A DNA stretch of 64,000 bases from a virus (lineage: Duplodnaviria > Heunggongvirae > Uroviricota > Caudoviricetes). Of this stretch, positions 53,152 through 62,100 are shown one piece after another. How positions within the stretch are numbered: the stretch's first letter is position 1; the number at the start of each line of letters is the position of its first letter. The notes under the pieces were generated by a model. The model was given only the letters and a program-made list of their open reading frames with translations. It did no database searches and was not told where the DNA came from. The stretch is from positions 134,607 to 198,606 of the IMG/VR virus record IMGVR_UViG_3300029288_000054. One strand, given 5' to 3'. A program made the translations under genes and the position numbers.

Positions 53152-53932
53152 GTGATTGGAAGATTTGAGTCAACGGTCTTGCATCAAGTTGTCTCAAGGT
53201 AGCTATTCTCTTTGCTGGTGCAGCGAACACATTAGCTAACGCCCGGAAGCTTTCTTCGCTGTGTAAAATCATCACATAGCGAGTGATGAGACTGTCGGTT
53301 GGCGTGAAATCGCCGTTCAAGACGACACATAGTTTCTCAATAGGCGTCCCACGATCATACACGATAGTCATGCCGTGCCCTGGATAGATCTGATAGACCT
53401 TACCAGATTTCGCATGAACAGACACGAAGCCGTTACGCAAGAAACGCTGAAATCCGTCGTCGCCAAGTATTTTTCGCAGAGTTTGACGGGCACGTATTTC
53501 TCGATCTTCGGCAATGGTCTTAATCGGGGTGCGAGAAGCGATGAAAAGAGGAGCCTGACGAGATTGGATGATTTGACGAAAGCGGTCGCTCAATGGCACT
53601 GGTGGGGCCATCGGCTCTGCTGGCCATGTATTATATCCACCCCAACCATTCTTCCATATGATGTAATCGTTCGATTTGATGAAATAATGGTTGTAGCAGG
53701 AAGTGTCATCGATGTTGTCTGCCCAAGATGTTGTGGCGGAACACGACGCACAGTATGTTTTCATATGTGAAGCGGCAGTCGTGCAATCGGCAAGCTTCTT
53801 AATGTAAAACTTGTTGCCGGTCGAATTGTCGTTGTAGATGATGCCCTTGGTCGGATATGTGAGCGAAGCAGAGACATATGGGTCATATGTGATCGTTCCG
53901 CCACCGGATGTTGGATTATAATACATTTTCAT
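53135..53932 (-). CDS. hypothetical phage protein with conserved-looking Cys
   Basis: RARQTLRKIL...GKVYQI...KLCVV...DSL...EESFRALAN C-terminal domain. Confidence 0.7.
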   Translation of the reverse strand: MKMYYNPTSGGGTITYDPYVSASLTYPTKGIIYNDNSTGNKFYIKKLADCTTAASHMKTYCASCSATTSWADNIDDTSCYNHYFIKSNDYIIWKNGWGGYNTWPAEPMAPPVPLSDRFRQIIQSRQAPLFIASRTPIKTIAEDREIRARQTLRKILGDDGFQRFLRNGFVSVHAKSGKVYQIYPGHGMTIVYDRGTPIEKLCVVLNGDFTPTDSLITRYVMILHSEESFRALANVFAAPAKRIATLRQLDARPLTQIFQSLKAAA

Positions 53933-54276
53933 CCCGCTCTGGCTAGTTTGACTGGTATAAAGATGACTTGCTCGGCCATCGGATCAAACTCTTGCATTTT
54001 ATCCGATGAGGCTTTGCCGTTCGTTCCAACACGAAATGGCGATAAGCCTTTTTCAACCAAGTCATCGAACATTTCTTTTGCTGCTCGAATCTCGGCCAGG
54101 CTACCCGAATCCCAAACGATCCGCTTATCGCCGTCCTTCGGATTCATGATGTGGAGGACGCCATGGTTCGGCGGTGGAATAGCTCCATCTAATACGTGAA
54201 GCGGTTTTGGTATGGCGACTTTGACTGTCGAAGTGCTGCCATCAATAACCGGAACATCTACAAAGTCGGTAGTCAT
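53929..54276 (-). CDS. small protein ending in Gly (possible ubiquitin-like modifier)
   Basis: GDKRIVWD...AKEMFDDL...EFDPMAEQVIF...LARAG stop. Confidence 0.65.
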   Translation of the reverse strand: MTTDFVDVPVIDGSTSTVKVAIPKPLHVLDGAIPPPNHGVLHIMNPKDGDKRIVWDSGSLAEIRAAKEMFDDLVEKGLSPFRVGTNGKASSDKMQEFDPMAEQVIFIPVKLARAG

Positions 54277-54692
54277 TTCGTCCTCCCAAGGAATCTGTCC
54301 GTCCAGGACTCACGTATAATCGTTTCTGCTGTATCGAAAGGTACGGCGATGAGGTCCCGCTCGTCCTTGATAACAGCACCTTCTCTTTCTTTTTTATGGT
54401 CCTTATCCTTGATTATCTTCTGCATACATCGCGTTCGCGGTGTTTCGGACCAAGCAGCAATCGTTGGGCATAGCTCTTCCTGAGACTTGCCGTTATATCT
54501 GCCTGATTCGGTAACTTGACCATCAATGATTGCGCGTTGATGCTCGTGTTTGCACTTTGGGCAAATTATTGTTACGATCCGGCTGATAGAAACGTCGAGT
54601 TTAACGAGGATGAATCCGCCGCAGCCACCGCCACTAACGGGGCAATGGATTTCTTGCCAGATTTTCGGTTTTGGCTGCTCCCGCTCCATCAC
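54273..54692 (-). CDS. zinc-finger hypothetical protein
   Basis: CPVSGGGC...CPKCKHEH. Confidence 0.7.
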   Translation of the reverse strand: MMEREQPKPKIWQEIHCPVSGGGCGGFILVKLDVSISRIVTIICPKCKHEHQRAIIDGQVTESGRYNGKSQEELCPTIAAWSETPRTRCMQKIIKDKDHKKEREGAVIKDERDLIAVPFDTAETIIRESWTDRFLGRTK

Positions 54693-55036
54693 TTCTTCCC
54701 CGTAGTGAACTCATGTAGTGCCTTGAACGTATCGCTCATTGCGATCTTGGTGATCGATAAGCTTGCATCGATTTCACTGAAATCGTCGCCACGCAAAGCC
54801 ACTTCGACCGTTAAGCGTGTGCTACGCTCGTTATCGATAAAGGTGCAGGAGCCGCCCTGATCGGTAAGGCGTGTCCAATCTCGATACCAAACGCCACTTG
54901 GTACCGCCACCTTCAATTTCGCAGTATCGGCGTGAAAATGGACCTCTCCATTCGCCTCATGAATACGAATGTCGCCAATAGTCGTCTTGTTCTTGGCCTT
55001 GGTTGGAGATACCGTTGTTTCGCGTTCGCCGCCCAT
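54689..55036 (-). CDS. hypothetical protein
   Basis: AAGGAG RBS; first gene after the promoter at 55151-55179. Confidence 0.7.
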   Translation of the reverse strand: MGGERETTVSPTKAKNKTTIGDIRIHEANGEVHFHADTAKLKVAVPSGVWYRDWTRLTDQGGSCTFIDNERSTRLTVEVALRGDDFSEIDASLSITKIAMSDTFKALHEFTTGKK

Positions 55037-55230
55037 AGTGGCTCCTTTACAGAGAAATAGTGTTCGCCATAGTCGTGCTTCGCCAGAGGCGAGTTATCTT
55101 ATTAAATACATTCCTATTAAATCATACAGAAATGCACCAGTCAAGATTAGGTTATAGCACAGAGCGACCCGGTTGTTAATATGAACTACTGTATTTCATC
55201 GTGCTATAAGGACGTAACGAAAGGCATACA

Positions 55231-55974
55231 ATGGACTCAACACGCGAAGAACACGAAAGTTTCGGTCTTGTCGGCTTCTCCAGAATTTCCCATGGCGGTG
55301 CCGTGGGAGGTACAAATCTGTTCGGATCGGCGATTTGCCACCACCACACTATCGCCCTGCGAATCAAGAAGGCAACAAAAGAGCGGCGTCTGCATGATGA
55401 CCGTTATTATGGCGGTGAGACGATCATCGAGGTCGAGATGAGTCCGAATCAATTCTCGGAAGCCATCACGACCATGAACGTTGGTGATGGTGTCCCGTGC
55501 ACGATCCGCCGTATCGGCAAGAAGGGCATGGCAGATTGTCCGGAAGAGACGATGCGACAAGTATTTGAGGAAGAATTCAAACAGGCATGCGTCAAGACGT
55601 CTGATATGGCCTGTGAGTTGGTCAAACAGGCGCAAGCTATCCTCAACCAGAAAACTATTAAGGTCTCAGAACGGAAGGAGCTTCTCGAAGTTCTCCGCCG
55701 TATCCAGCAGAACTTGCAATCGAATCTGCCGTTCATCGGGACACAATTTAATGAGGCAATGGACGATGTTGTGGCCGACGCCAAGGGTGCTGTTGAGGCA
55801 TTCTTCACCCACCGCATCAACGACCTTGGAATCCAGGCTATCCAGCAGGGAGCACCGGATATGAGGATGTTGGGACAAACCAGCGACGATAAAGATATAC
55901 TAGACGGGAAAGCGACCGACTGTTCCAATAGTCCGACAGGTGACGATTATGAGGAAGGACGACAGCAACGTTAA
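55231..55974 (+). CDS. conserved hypothetical phage protein
   Basis: HESFGLVGFSR...LFGS...IEVEMS..QF...MNVGDGVPCTI. Confidence 0.8.
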   Translation: MDSTREEHESFGLVGFSRISHGGAVGGTNLFGSAICHHHTIALRIKKATKERRLHDDRYYGGETIIEVEMSPNQFSEAITTMNVGDGVPCTIRRIGKKGMADCPEETMRQVFEEEFKQACVKTSDMACELVKQAQAILNQKTIKVSERKELLEVLRRIQQNLQSNLPFIGTQFNEAMDDVVADAKGAVEAFFTHRINDLGIQAIQQGAPDMRMLGQTSDDKDILDGKATDCSNSPTGDDYEEGRQQR

Positions 55975-56277
55975 GGAATGGGTGAAGCACACTCGCAATG
56001 CTGGCGGGTATGGCAAGCGTGGAGTCAACAAGCGAGTCAGAAAAAATGCTAAGCGACAACTCCAACGCGGTAACGATAAATGATCAAGATTGTGTTGATC
56101 ACGTTTGGTGTGCTTTTTCTGACCAACATTCTTGTCGTCGGTTGTTTGTGGCGCAGTAAACTACCCATACCATAGATTGCACATATAGACGGCTGATCTG
56201 TTTTGTAGTCGTCTGTATGGCGGATTAGATGTGAGTAGTGAAATGGCCTTTTACTGGATACTCTAGATGATTCAGGA

Positions 56278-56487
56278 TTGGAACCAACGAGAATCAAGCC
56301 AATCTTAGATGGCGGCATAAGTATCACGTTTAGCAACGAGCTAAGGAGATGCTGCGTCGAGTTTGATAAAGATGGTGACATATCTGTTCTTTTCCTCGGT
56401 GAATCTACGCCAATCACACGGTATCTCAGCAGCAACGCAGCTTTGATAAGATCGATCAGAGAATTCCTTGAGGGCGTTGCAGTCTAG
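56278..56487 (+). CDS. hypothetical protein
   Basis: 69-aa ORF. Confidence 0.45.
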   Translation: MEPTRIKPILDGGISITFSNELRRCCVEFDKDGDISVLFLGESTPITRYLSSNAALIRSIREFLEGVAV

Positions 56488-56820
56488 ATAATCAAACGGG
56501 GAGCCTTGAAAAAGACTCCCCGTTGAACGCATGTTTCACGCTTGCATCAACTAAAATCATTTTTATTTAATATTATCGCACCAGCCAGATGATAGGGCTC
56601 AGATTCGAGAGGTTGGTATGCCGATAATTCTAGACTTATCAGCATGGCCTTACGCATCTAAGTAGCCTATGTGGGCAGACCCCACAGACCTTTTCTGGTC
56701 GGTCACGACTACCATCATTTTCCAGATGGCAACCGAGTTGTGTTATCTCCTTTCTTTGACAACCATTCAGCAGAATGGGCTTTAAAGAGACGGGTACTAA
56801 TCGGCAACTATGACCGACGC

Positions 56821-57510
56821 CTACTCCCAACAAGGCTTCGGAGGCACCCACAGACCCTTATCGTCTGCCCATTCGGGAATCAATAATTCACGCTTTCGCG
56901 TGAAACCCAAAAGCAACTTCGTAATCCGATCAACATTTGTTTTGCTGACGCGGCCACATCGCATCGTGAATTCTTTCAGCCGTCGAGCGAGTTGATCGCG
57001 ACCGACGCGATTAAGCATCAACTCAAAATGCAACACATATTTCGTTGGCTCATCGGTCTTCTGTAACGAGGTCGTTAGGAATCGACGGAAAGTGGTCATG
57101 TTTCCGATAGAAACCGCCTGTGCGTACTGCTGGGCTGCATCCATCGCCTGTTCACGTGCTCGTTGTCGAGCCGCCATTCGTTCTTGGCCGTACTGGTCCG
57201 CATAGGTTTCGAGTGCGTTGTGGCCAGTTCTCTTGAAAGTTCCTCTGAAAGGACCGTCCAAAAGCAGTCTACGCCGCCACCACTCTACCTCATAATAGGT
57301 TGGGCTTGGCAAGTACAACTCAGCTTCAAGGCTCGTTGTCTTGATAGCCTCGCTATGGCCTTTGCCCATCTTGGACAAGTGCAGCCATTGGCCGATTTTA
57401 CGGAGCCACTCGCCCCAGCCGGAAATACGTACCGCTGTAGGTGTCCCAGACGATTGATCGTCGCCATCGTCATCTGGATATTGGATGATGCTGTGTTTAG
57501 GCTCGCACAT
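56821..57510 (-). CDS. hypothetical protein
   Basis: Promoter -10 at 57529-57534 and GAGGAG RBS before MCEPKHS. Confidence 0.7.
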   Translation of the reverse strand: MCEPKHSIIQYPDDDGDDQSSGTPTAVRISGWGEWLRKIGQWLHLSKMGKGHSEAIKTTSLEAELYLPSPTYYEVEWWRRRLLLDGPFRGTFKRTGHNALETYADQYGQERMAARQRAREQAMDAAQQYAQAVSIGNMTTFRRFLTTSLQKTDEPTKYVLHFELMLNRVGRDQLARRLKEFTMRCGRVSKTNVDRITKLLLGFTRKRELLIPEWADDKGLWVPPKPCWE

Positions 57511-57640
57511 TTGGTATCTCCTCACTCCATTATAGCACAAAAACAGATGACGCTTAACTAAAATACTTAGCACTATAATTCCTACCTAGCAAACCGCCCT
57601 CCCCAGCATCTTGCGACACCAGAGAGGGCGGAAGCGGTGG

Positions 57641-57669
57641 TTGACTTATCTTTGTCCATGTGGTATAAT
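57641..57669 (+). promoter_or_regulatory. canonical sigma-70 promoter
   Basis: TTGACT-17-TATAAT with extended TG. Confidence 0.65.
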
Positions 57670-57736
57670 GGTGTCATAGTCCTCTCGTTGTGCTATACCA
57701 GATATACTAAGCGGTAGTTCCAAATAGGAGTCTATT

Positions 57737-58300
57737 ATGAAAACTGTATGGCGTAATGCTGGAGCCGAAGATTCACTTAGAGTAGAAGGCGGATTTGCTC
57801 TTCTCGTCAGACATGTCGAGTCAGAAAACGGTAAAGGCTTCATTCCTGTTACGTATTTCTTCAACCAACTACTTGAAACTGGAAAAGTGTTTCCAGGCGA
57901 AGATGCAATACCTTACATGCAAGCTGTGTCGAGAGGACGCAGAATGTTCGAACGGGCAATGAAGCGAGAAGGTATCGAGGGAGAAGAACAAAAACCGGCA
58001 AAGACTAAACCGGCTAAACCAGAACCAACAGTAATTAAATCAGTTGGAGAACCGGCTACTCAAGCTCAGAGAGATACAATTTTACGTCTTCGACGAACTA
58101 GAGGCTTTTGGCAGAAAGGCATGTCTAAGAAGAAGTTGAACGACGACGATATTGTCAAACTTATTCGCCAGGAGTATCTCTGCAATTGGAGCAATTTGAC
58201 GAAAGATGATGCTGGCAAGATTATCGATCATCTAAACAAAACACAAAAGGGCTTCGATAAATCTATTACTAGAAGCCACAAAAAGTGTTTTACGGTCTAA
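57737..58300 (+). CDS. hypothetical protein
   Basis: AGGAG RBS; ATQAQ...LTKDDAGKII motif. Confidence 0.7.
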   Translation: MKTVWRNAGAEDSLRVEGGFALLVRHVESENGKGFIPVTYFFNQLLETGKVFPGEDAIPYMQAVSRGRRMFERAMKREGIEGEEQKPAKTKPAKPEPTVIKSVGEPATQAQRDTILRLRRTRGFWQKGMSKKKLNDDDIVKLIRQEYLCNWSNLTKDDAGKIIDHLNKTQKGFDKSITRSHKKCFTV

Positions 58301-58576
58301 TTACGCTGTTTGGAAGATGCCATTTTTCAAATAGCCATGCCATCGGCAACCAGAAAGAAACATTACACTTGGTGAGATTGTGGGCGTATCTTCATTGCCA
58401 TCCCATGACCATGCATGCGGATCGGTCTGGCTGATGTTTATGCCGCCGAGAGAGCCACATCCACACGGACACAGAAATTGAATTCTGTGATAATTGTCCT
58501 CTTTAATTATGAAGAAGTCGCCGGGCTCTTTGGCGTGCTCGTAGTCGGCAACTCGGTTGGCTTTGACGTCTTGCAC
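58301..58576 (-). CDS. DUF6527-like protein
   Basis: FLCPCGCG...WSWDG...PTISPSV...CRWHGYL.NG.F. Confidence 0.7.
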   Translation of the reverse strand: MQDVKANRVADYEHAKEPGDFFIIKEDNYHRIQFLCPCGCGSLGGINISQTDPHAWSWDGNEDTPTISPSVMFLSGCRWHGYLKNGIFQTA

Positions 58577-58764
58577 GATTTCATCCTATCTTTAATAATG
58601 TTTTCAATAACTACCAACAATTCTGGCATTGTGTTGCAGAACAGTGTGTGCCGCATGCCGTCGGCGGCCATATACATAACTCGAAAAAGATCGCCAGCCT
58701 TATCAAGTTTGCCCGTCTGCCGGTTGATACCTTGAATGGTGATTCTATCGCCAAGCTCGCTCAT
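58507..58764 (-). CDS. hypothetical protein
   Basis: Overlaps the upstream stop; the 3' end overlaps the DUF6527 gene. Confidence 0.45.
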   Translation of the reverse strand: MSELGDRITIQGINRQTGKLDKAGDLFRVMYMAADGMRHTLFCNTMPELLVVIENIIKDRMKSCKTSKPTELPTTSTPKSPATSS

Positions 58765-59630
58765 TATTTAACCTTGTTGTATCTGAAAGACCCATCGAAA
58801 TCCATATGCCATGCGAACAAGCATGGATCGGTAAGTTCGAAGAATGGGTTAATCTCTAATAGCTTTACTTCAATATCACGTGAATTTGGGCCTGCCTTTC
58901 TCACCTTCACAAATACATCAAATACGAGATCGTGAAGGGCCGTAGCTTCGCGAAACATTTTGAAAAACTCGCGGATAGCCCATTCACACATTCCGGGGTC
59001 CAATTCCGGGAATACTTCACCTTTTAAATAATTGTATTGCGAAATACCGACTAATTGCCTGTCTTTCATGAAGCATCTGAATTCAGACCATCTCGGTATC
59101 TCAACCCATTGTCGCACCCAGATATGCGGCAGGTAATCCTTTTTGATAGCTAGCATCAAATCTTCATAAATCCGTTCTGAGCAATCCAGCAGGTATTGAA
59201 GCGGATCTTGTCCTGAAATTATCTTGCCTCCGCTTCTTTGTAACGCCCAAGAGTCTTTTGGCGATCTGCTACCAAGTCGTATGAAAGCACCGTTTGGCAT
59301 TTTTTCTACGGCTTCCGAAACTTTAGCTCTGATATCGCCAATATCGCAGCGTGCATCGCCAGTTGGTTTAATAAAATCAACTCTGTCTGGCGGTTCCGGC
59401 TGATGCAGCATTCTCGCAGTAGCGGCCTGTGCATTCCATGATGCTGCACGTTCGTTGTGCTTCATGGTAGCATCATCACAAAAAGCTTCGCCATATTCCA
59501 TAATATTGGAACCCAGGCGGCGAGCAGCACCGTCTTCTAGCAAGATATCAATAGACGGAATGCTCAGAGTGTGTAATGACTGTTCCCAATTCTCGATGTA
59601 AGTCGGCTTAACTAAATCCCAGTAGTCCAT
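58764..59630 (-). CDS. Cdc123/R2K-clade ATP-grasp protein
   Basis: FIRLGSRSPKDS, EFRCF, VGISQY, VFDVFV, LLEINPF. Confidence 0.8.
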   Translation of the reverse strand: MDYWDLVKPTYIENWEQSLHTLSIPSIDILLEDGAARRLGSNIMEYGEAFCDDATMKHNERAASWNAQAATARMLHQPEPPDRVDFIKPTGDARCDIGDIRAKVSEAVEKMPNGAFIRLGSRSPKDSWALQRSGGKIISGQDPLQYLLDCSERIYEDLMLAIKKDYLPHIWVRQWVEIPRWSEFRCFMKDRQLVGISQYNYLKGEVFPELDPGMCEWAIREFFKMFREATALHDLVFDVFVKVRKAGPNSRDIEVKLLEINPFFELTDPCLFAWHMDFDGSFRYNKVK

Positions 59631-59638
59631 ATTCCACC

Positions 59639-59815
59639 TTATTGCGGAAGCTCCACAGTGAATTGCAAGCCACAATGCGGGCACTTGTACGATTGGGTGT
59701 CACCGCTTGGCCATCCACTCTGCTGCTCACCGACTGCAACAGCATCAGGGTGAATAGCTCGACCCATATCAGGCTTCCAAGGATTATCAACAGTACAAAT
59801 ATGGCGTTCGCTCAT
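59639..59815 (-). CDS. 58-aa hypothetical protein
   Basis: Manual translation MSERHIC...YKCPHCGLQF; ATGA overlap with the S4 gene. Confidence 0.6.
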   Translation of the reverse strand: MSERHICTVDNPWKPDMGRAIHPDAVAVGEQQSGWPSGDTQSYKCPHCGLQFTVELPQ

Positions 59816-60042
59816 TGGATACCGGTGCTTAATGGTAATTTGCTGCCCACAAAGATGGGTATTTGATGGCCGACTTGTACGGTGTCCGACGATTTGAAAT
59901 CGAACACCTGAGTCAAGTCCTCAACGATCTTACCGTTGATTTTAACAGCACCTTGGACTACAACACGGCGACCTTCAGATACGCTTGTGGTTTGCCCTAA
60001 ATGAGTGAGAAGTTGAGCGACTGTTCCTTGAAAGACTTTCAT
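59812..60042 (-). CDS. stand-alone S4 RNA-binding domain (TyrRS C-terminal type)
   Basis: LL..LG..TSVSEGRRVVVQGAVKING...VQVG. Confidence 0.75.
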   Translation of the reverse strand: MKVFQGTVAQLLTHLGQTTSVSEGRRVVVQGAVKINGKIVEDLTQVFDFKSSDTVQVGHQIPIFVGSKLPLSTGIQ

Positions 60043-60051
60043 AATACTATC

Positions 60052-60759
60052 CTATGTTGGTTTCCAGTTCCAAACGTCCTCACCATAAGTTTCAGCGAAG
60101 TATTTGCCGTCAACTTTATCGCCTCGGACGAATTTTGCGAGGAAATCAACTCGGCCAAGTCTCTCAACTCGATATACGACGCCTTCAATAGGATCAATAG
60201 CACCATGATGATTTCGTTCTTGAGCAAATTTGAGAGCGACCGATGGGAGCATTGGTGGCCCCATTGATATTACGAAAGGTGTAATCAGTCGCGTGGCAGC
60301 GATGCGCTCGCAAAATTCGCTGAATACAGCTCGTCTGTCGAGCTTTTTACGGCTCTTCATAATATCGAAAGGCACAAAAGGTTCGTGCCACAACTTATAG
60401 CGGGTGCTATGTGCTAATGCGAGCCACTCTCCGACGACCCTTTCACCCTCTTCGAGCCAGGTAAAACGATCAACGTTCTCCATCACCCAGTTATGAAACA
60501 TCCGATGATGATGCCAGGGGGCTGAGACGGCTGGCCATCCGGCCCTATTCAACGGCATAATCAAACCATTGAGCCGGGCAACGGCACAACATGAACCATC
60601 AAGTTTCTCCTGAATAATAACCCGGTCGAATTCGTCGCGTACCTTCTTGGTGCAGATGACGGCCATCCCCTCATCGACATTATGGTCACCAGGGCCAAGC
60701 CGACTATTCGGCAGGTGCCCGATGCTACCATACGCTTTACGCCCAAGTGGTTTGCTCAT
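60052..60759 (-). CDS. RNA ligase (Rnl2-like nucleotidyltransferase)
   Basis: QEKLDGS, GEW, FVPFD, EGVVYR, LAKFVR; start at the second Met because the promoter -10 overlaps ATG 60798. Confidence 0.8.
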   Translation of the reverse strand: MSKPLGRKAYGSIGHLPNSRLGPGDHNVDEGMAVICTKKVRDEFDRVIIQEKLDGSCCAVARLNGLIMPLNRAGWPAVSAPWHHHRMFHNWVMENVDRFTWLEEGERVVGEWLALAHSTRYKLWHEPFVPFDIMKSRKKLDRRAVFSEFCERIAATRLITPFVISMGPPMLPSVALKFAQERNHHGAIDPIEGVVYRVERLGRVDFLAKFVRGDKVDGKYFAETYGEDVWNWKPT

Positions 60760-60885
60760 ATCGATGAAATACTCTGTATTTAAACGATGCTTTTCCATTA
60801 TAGCACGAAGACCTATGCTGAATAATTACGTACTGGCGCATTTCGTGCTATAATAGAATATTGGACACCACACTACGAGGTACAC

Positions 60886-61401
60886 ATGGCCAATTTACCG
60901 TCAAGAGAAAGCAATCCTGATGGATTGCACCAACGCTATATTGTCAACAAAGCCGATGGTACGTCGAATCCTGACGCGAAATATTTTGTGCTGCGTCTGG
61001 ATTTGGAGGGTAGCGACAAAGAACACACAGCGGCCTGTCGTAAGGCTGCACAGACCTATATCCGCAACGCTCCGAAGCATATGCGTAGAGTTGCCGAAGA
61101 ACTGGTCGAGTGGGCTGATCTTCAGGAGCCGGAAGATCCGAAGATCAACGCTCAAATCCACGAGATGATCGACAGGCTTACGGCATGGGTCAGACTGGAA
61201 ACGCTTGGTTTTAGCCTGAATTGGATCGAAGGTGACGCGACTCACGAAGCAGGTTGGGTTGTTGGACACGCCAAAGAGCATAAGCCTGTTGAAATGGCTG
61301 ACGATGGCTGGCAAAAACGGTATCCGACTCAATTCGAAGCTATTAATGCAGCCGCACGGGTTGTTGCCCGAGGCCCTCAAGTTTCGAGTTCGCCAAGCTA
61401 A
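60886..61401 (+). CDS. hypothetical protein
   Basis: GAGG RBS and promoter -10 at 60849-60854. Confidence 0.7.
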   Translation: MANLPSRESNPDGLHQRYIVNKADGTSNPDAKYFVLRLDLEGSDKEHTAACRKAAQTYIRNAPKHMRRVAEELVEWADLQEPEDPKINAQIHEMIDRLTAWVRLETLGFSLNWIEGDATHEAGWVVGHAKEHKPVEMADDGWQKRYPTQFEAINAAARVVARGPQVSSSPS

Positions 61402-61560
61402 GAGCCTCACGCAGACTGAGAATTTCCAGTTTTGCGGTGTTCGACACCAGAGAGGCCATTAGCAGCCCTTTGGCATTTAGCATTTTTGTCATTTCGTCCA
61501 TACAGAGTATCAGGTCAAATCCTTCGTCCATCTTTCTCCTCCATTTTGGAAATACATACA

Positions 61561-62070
61561 ATGATTGTAGTAAAAGCAGAGCAATTAGCACGAACAGCAC
61601 ACCAAGGACAATTTCGGAAATATACTGGCGAGCCGTATATCGTCCATCCGGAGGCCGTTGCCAACATTGTGGCATCGGTAACTGACGACTCAGTGATGCT
61701 CGCTGCTGCTTGGTTGCATGATGTTGTCGAGGATACTAGTGTAACCATCGACATGATCGAGGCCGGATTTGGTCCCGAGATCGCCTCTGTCGTTGCTGAC
61801 GTCACGAACATCACTAAGAAATCCGATGGAAACCGCCAATATCGTAAGGGTATAGAGAAGCAGCACTTAGCCGGGGCATCACAGAAAGCCAAAACTGTTA
61901 AACTTGCCGACATACTACACAACGTGCCCGACATTATCAGGAACGACCCTGGATTTGCGCGTACCTATGTGGCAGAAAAGCAAGCTGTCCTGGAAGTTCT
62001 GATTGGCGGCGACGAAAACCTGTATGCTGCTGCAAAGCAGATTATAGATGGATTTCTTGCGTCCTGTTAA
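61561..62070 (+). CDS. HD-domain hydrolase, RelA/SpoT (Mesh1/SAH)-like
   Basis: AHQGQFRKYTGEPYIVHP..VA, AAWLHDVVEDT, VKLADILHN. Confidence 0.9.
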   Translation: MIVVKAEQLARTAHQGQFRKYTGEPYIVHPEAVANIVASVTDDSVMLAAAWLHDVVEDTSVTIDMIEAGFGPEIASVVADVTNITKKSDGNRQYRKGIEKQHLAGASQKAKTVKLADILHNVPDIIRNDPGFARTYVAEKQAVLEVLIGGDENLYAAAKQIIDGFLASC

Positions 62071-62095
62071 TAGTATTCATACTTGGTGCTATAAC
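62067..62095 (+). promoter_or_regulatory. phage promoter
   Basis: TTAATA-17-TATAAC; ATG follows 5 nt later. Confidence 0.8.
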
Positions 62096-62100
62096 GTACC

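Noticed and set aside
11990-55115. TAAATA(C) late-promoter-like motif at about 11995, 19781, 22682 and 55105
   Set aside because: Too short, with too few copies and inconsistent spacing to genes, to support by eye.
60760-60798. RNA ligase start at ATG 60798
   Set aside because: This ATG overlaps the -10 hexamer and lies upstream of +1; the next Met (60759) fits.
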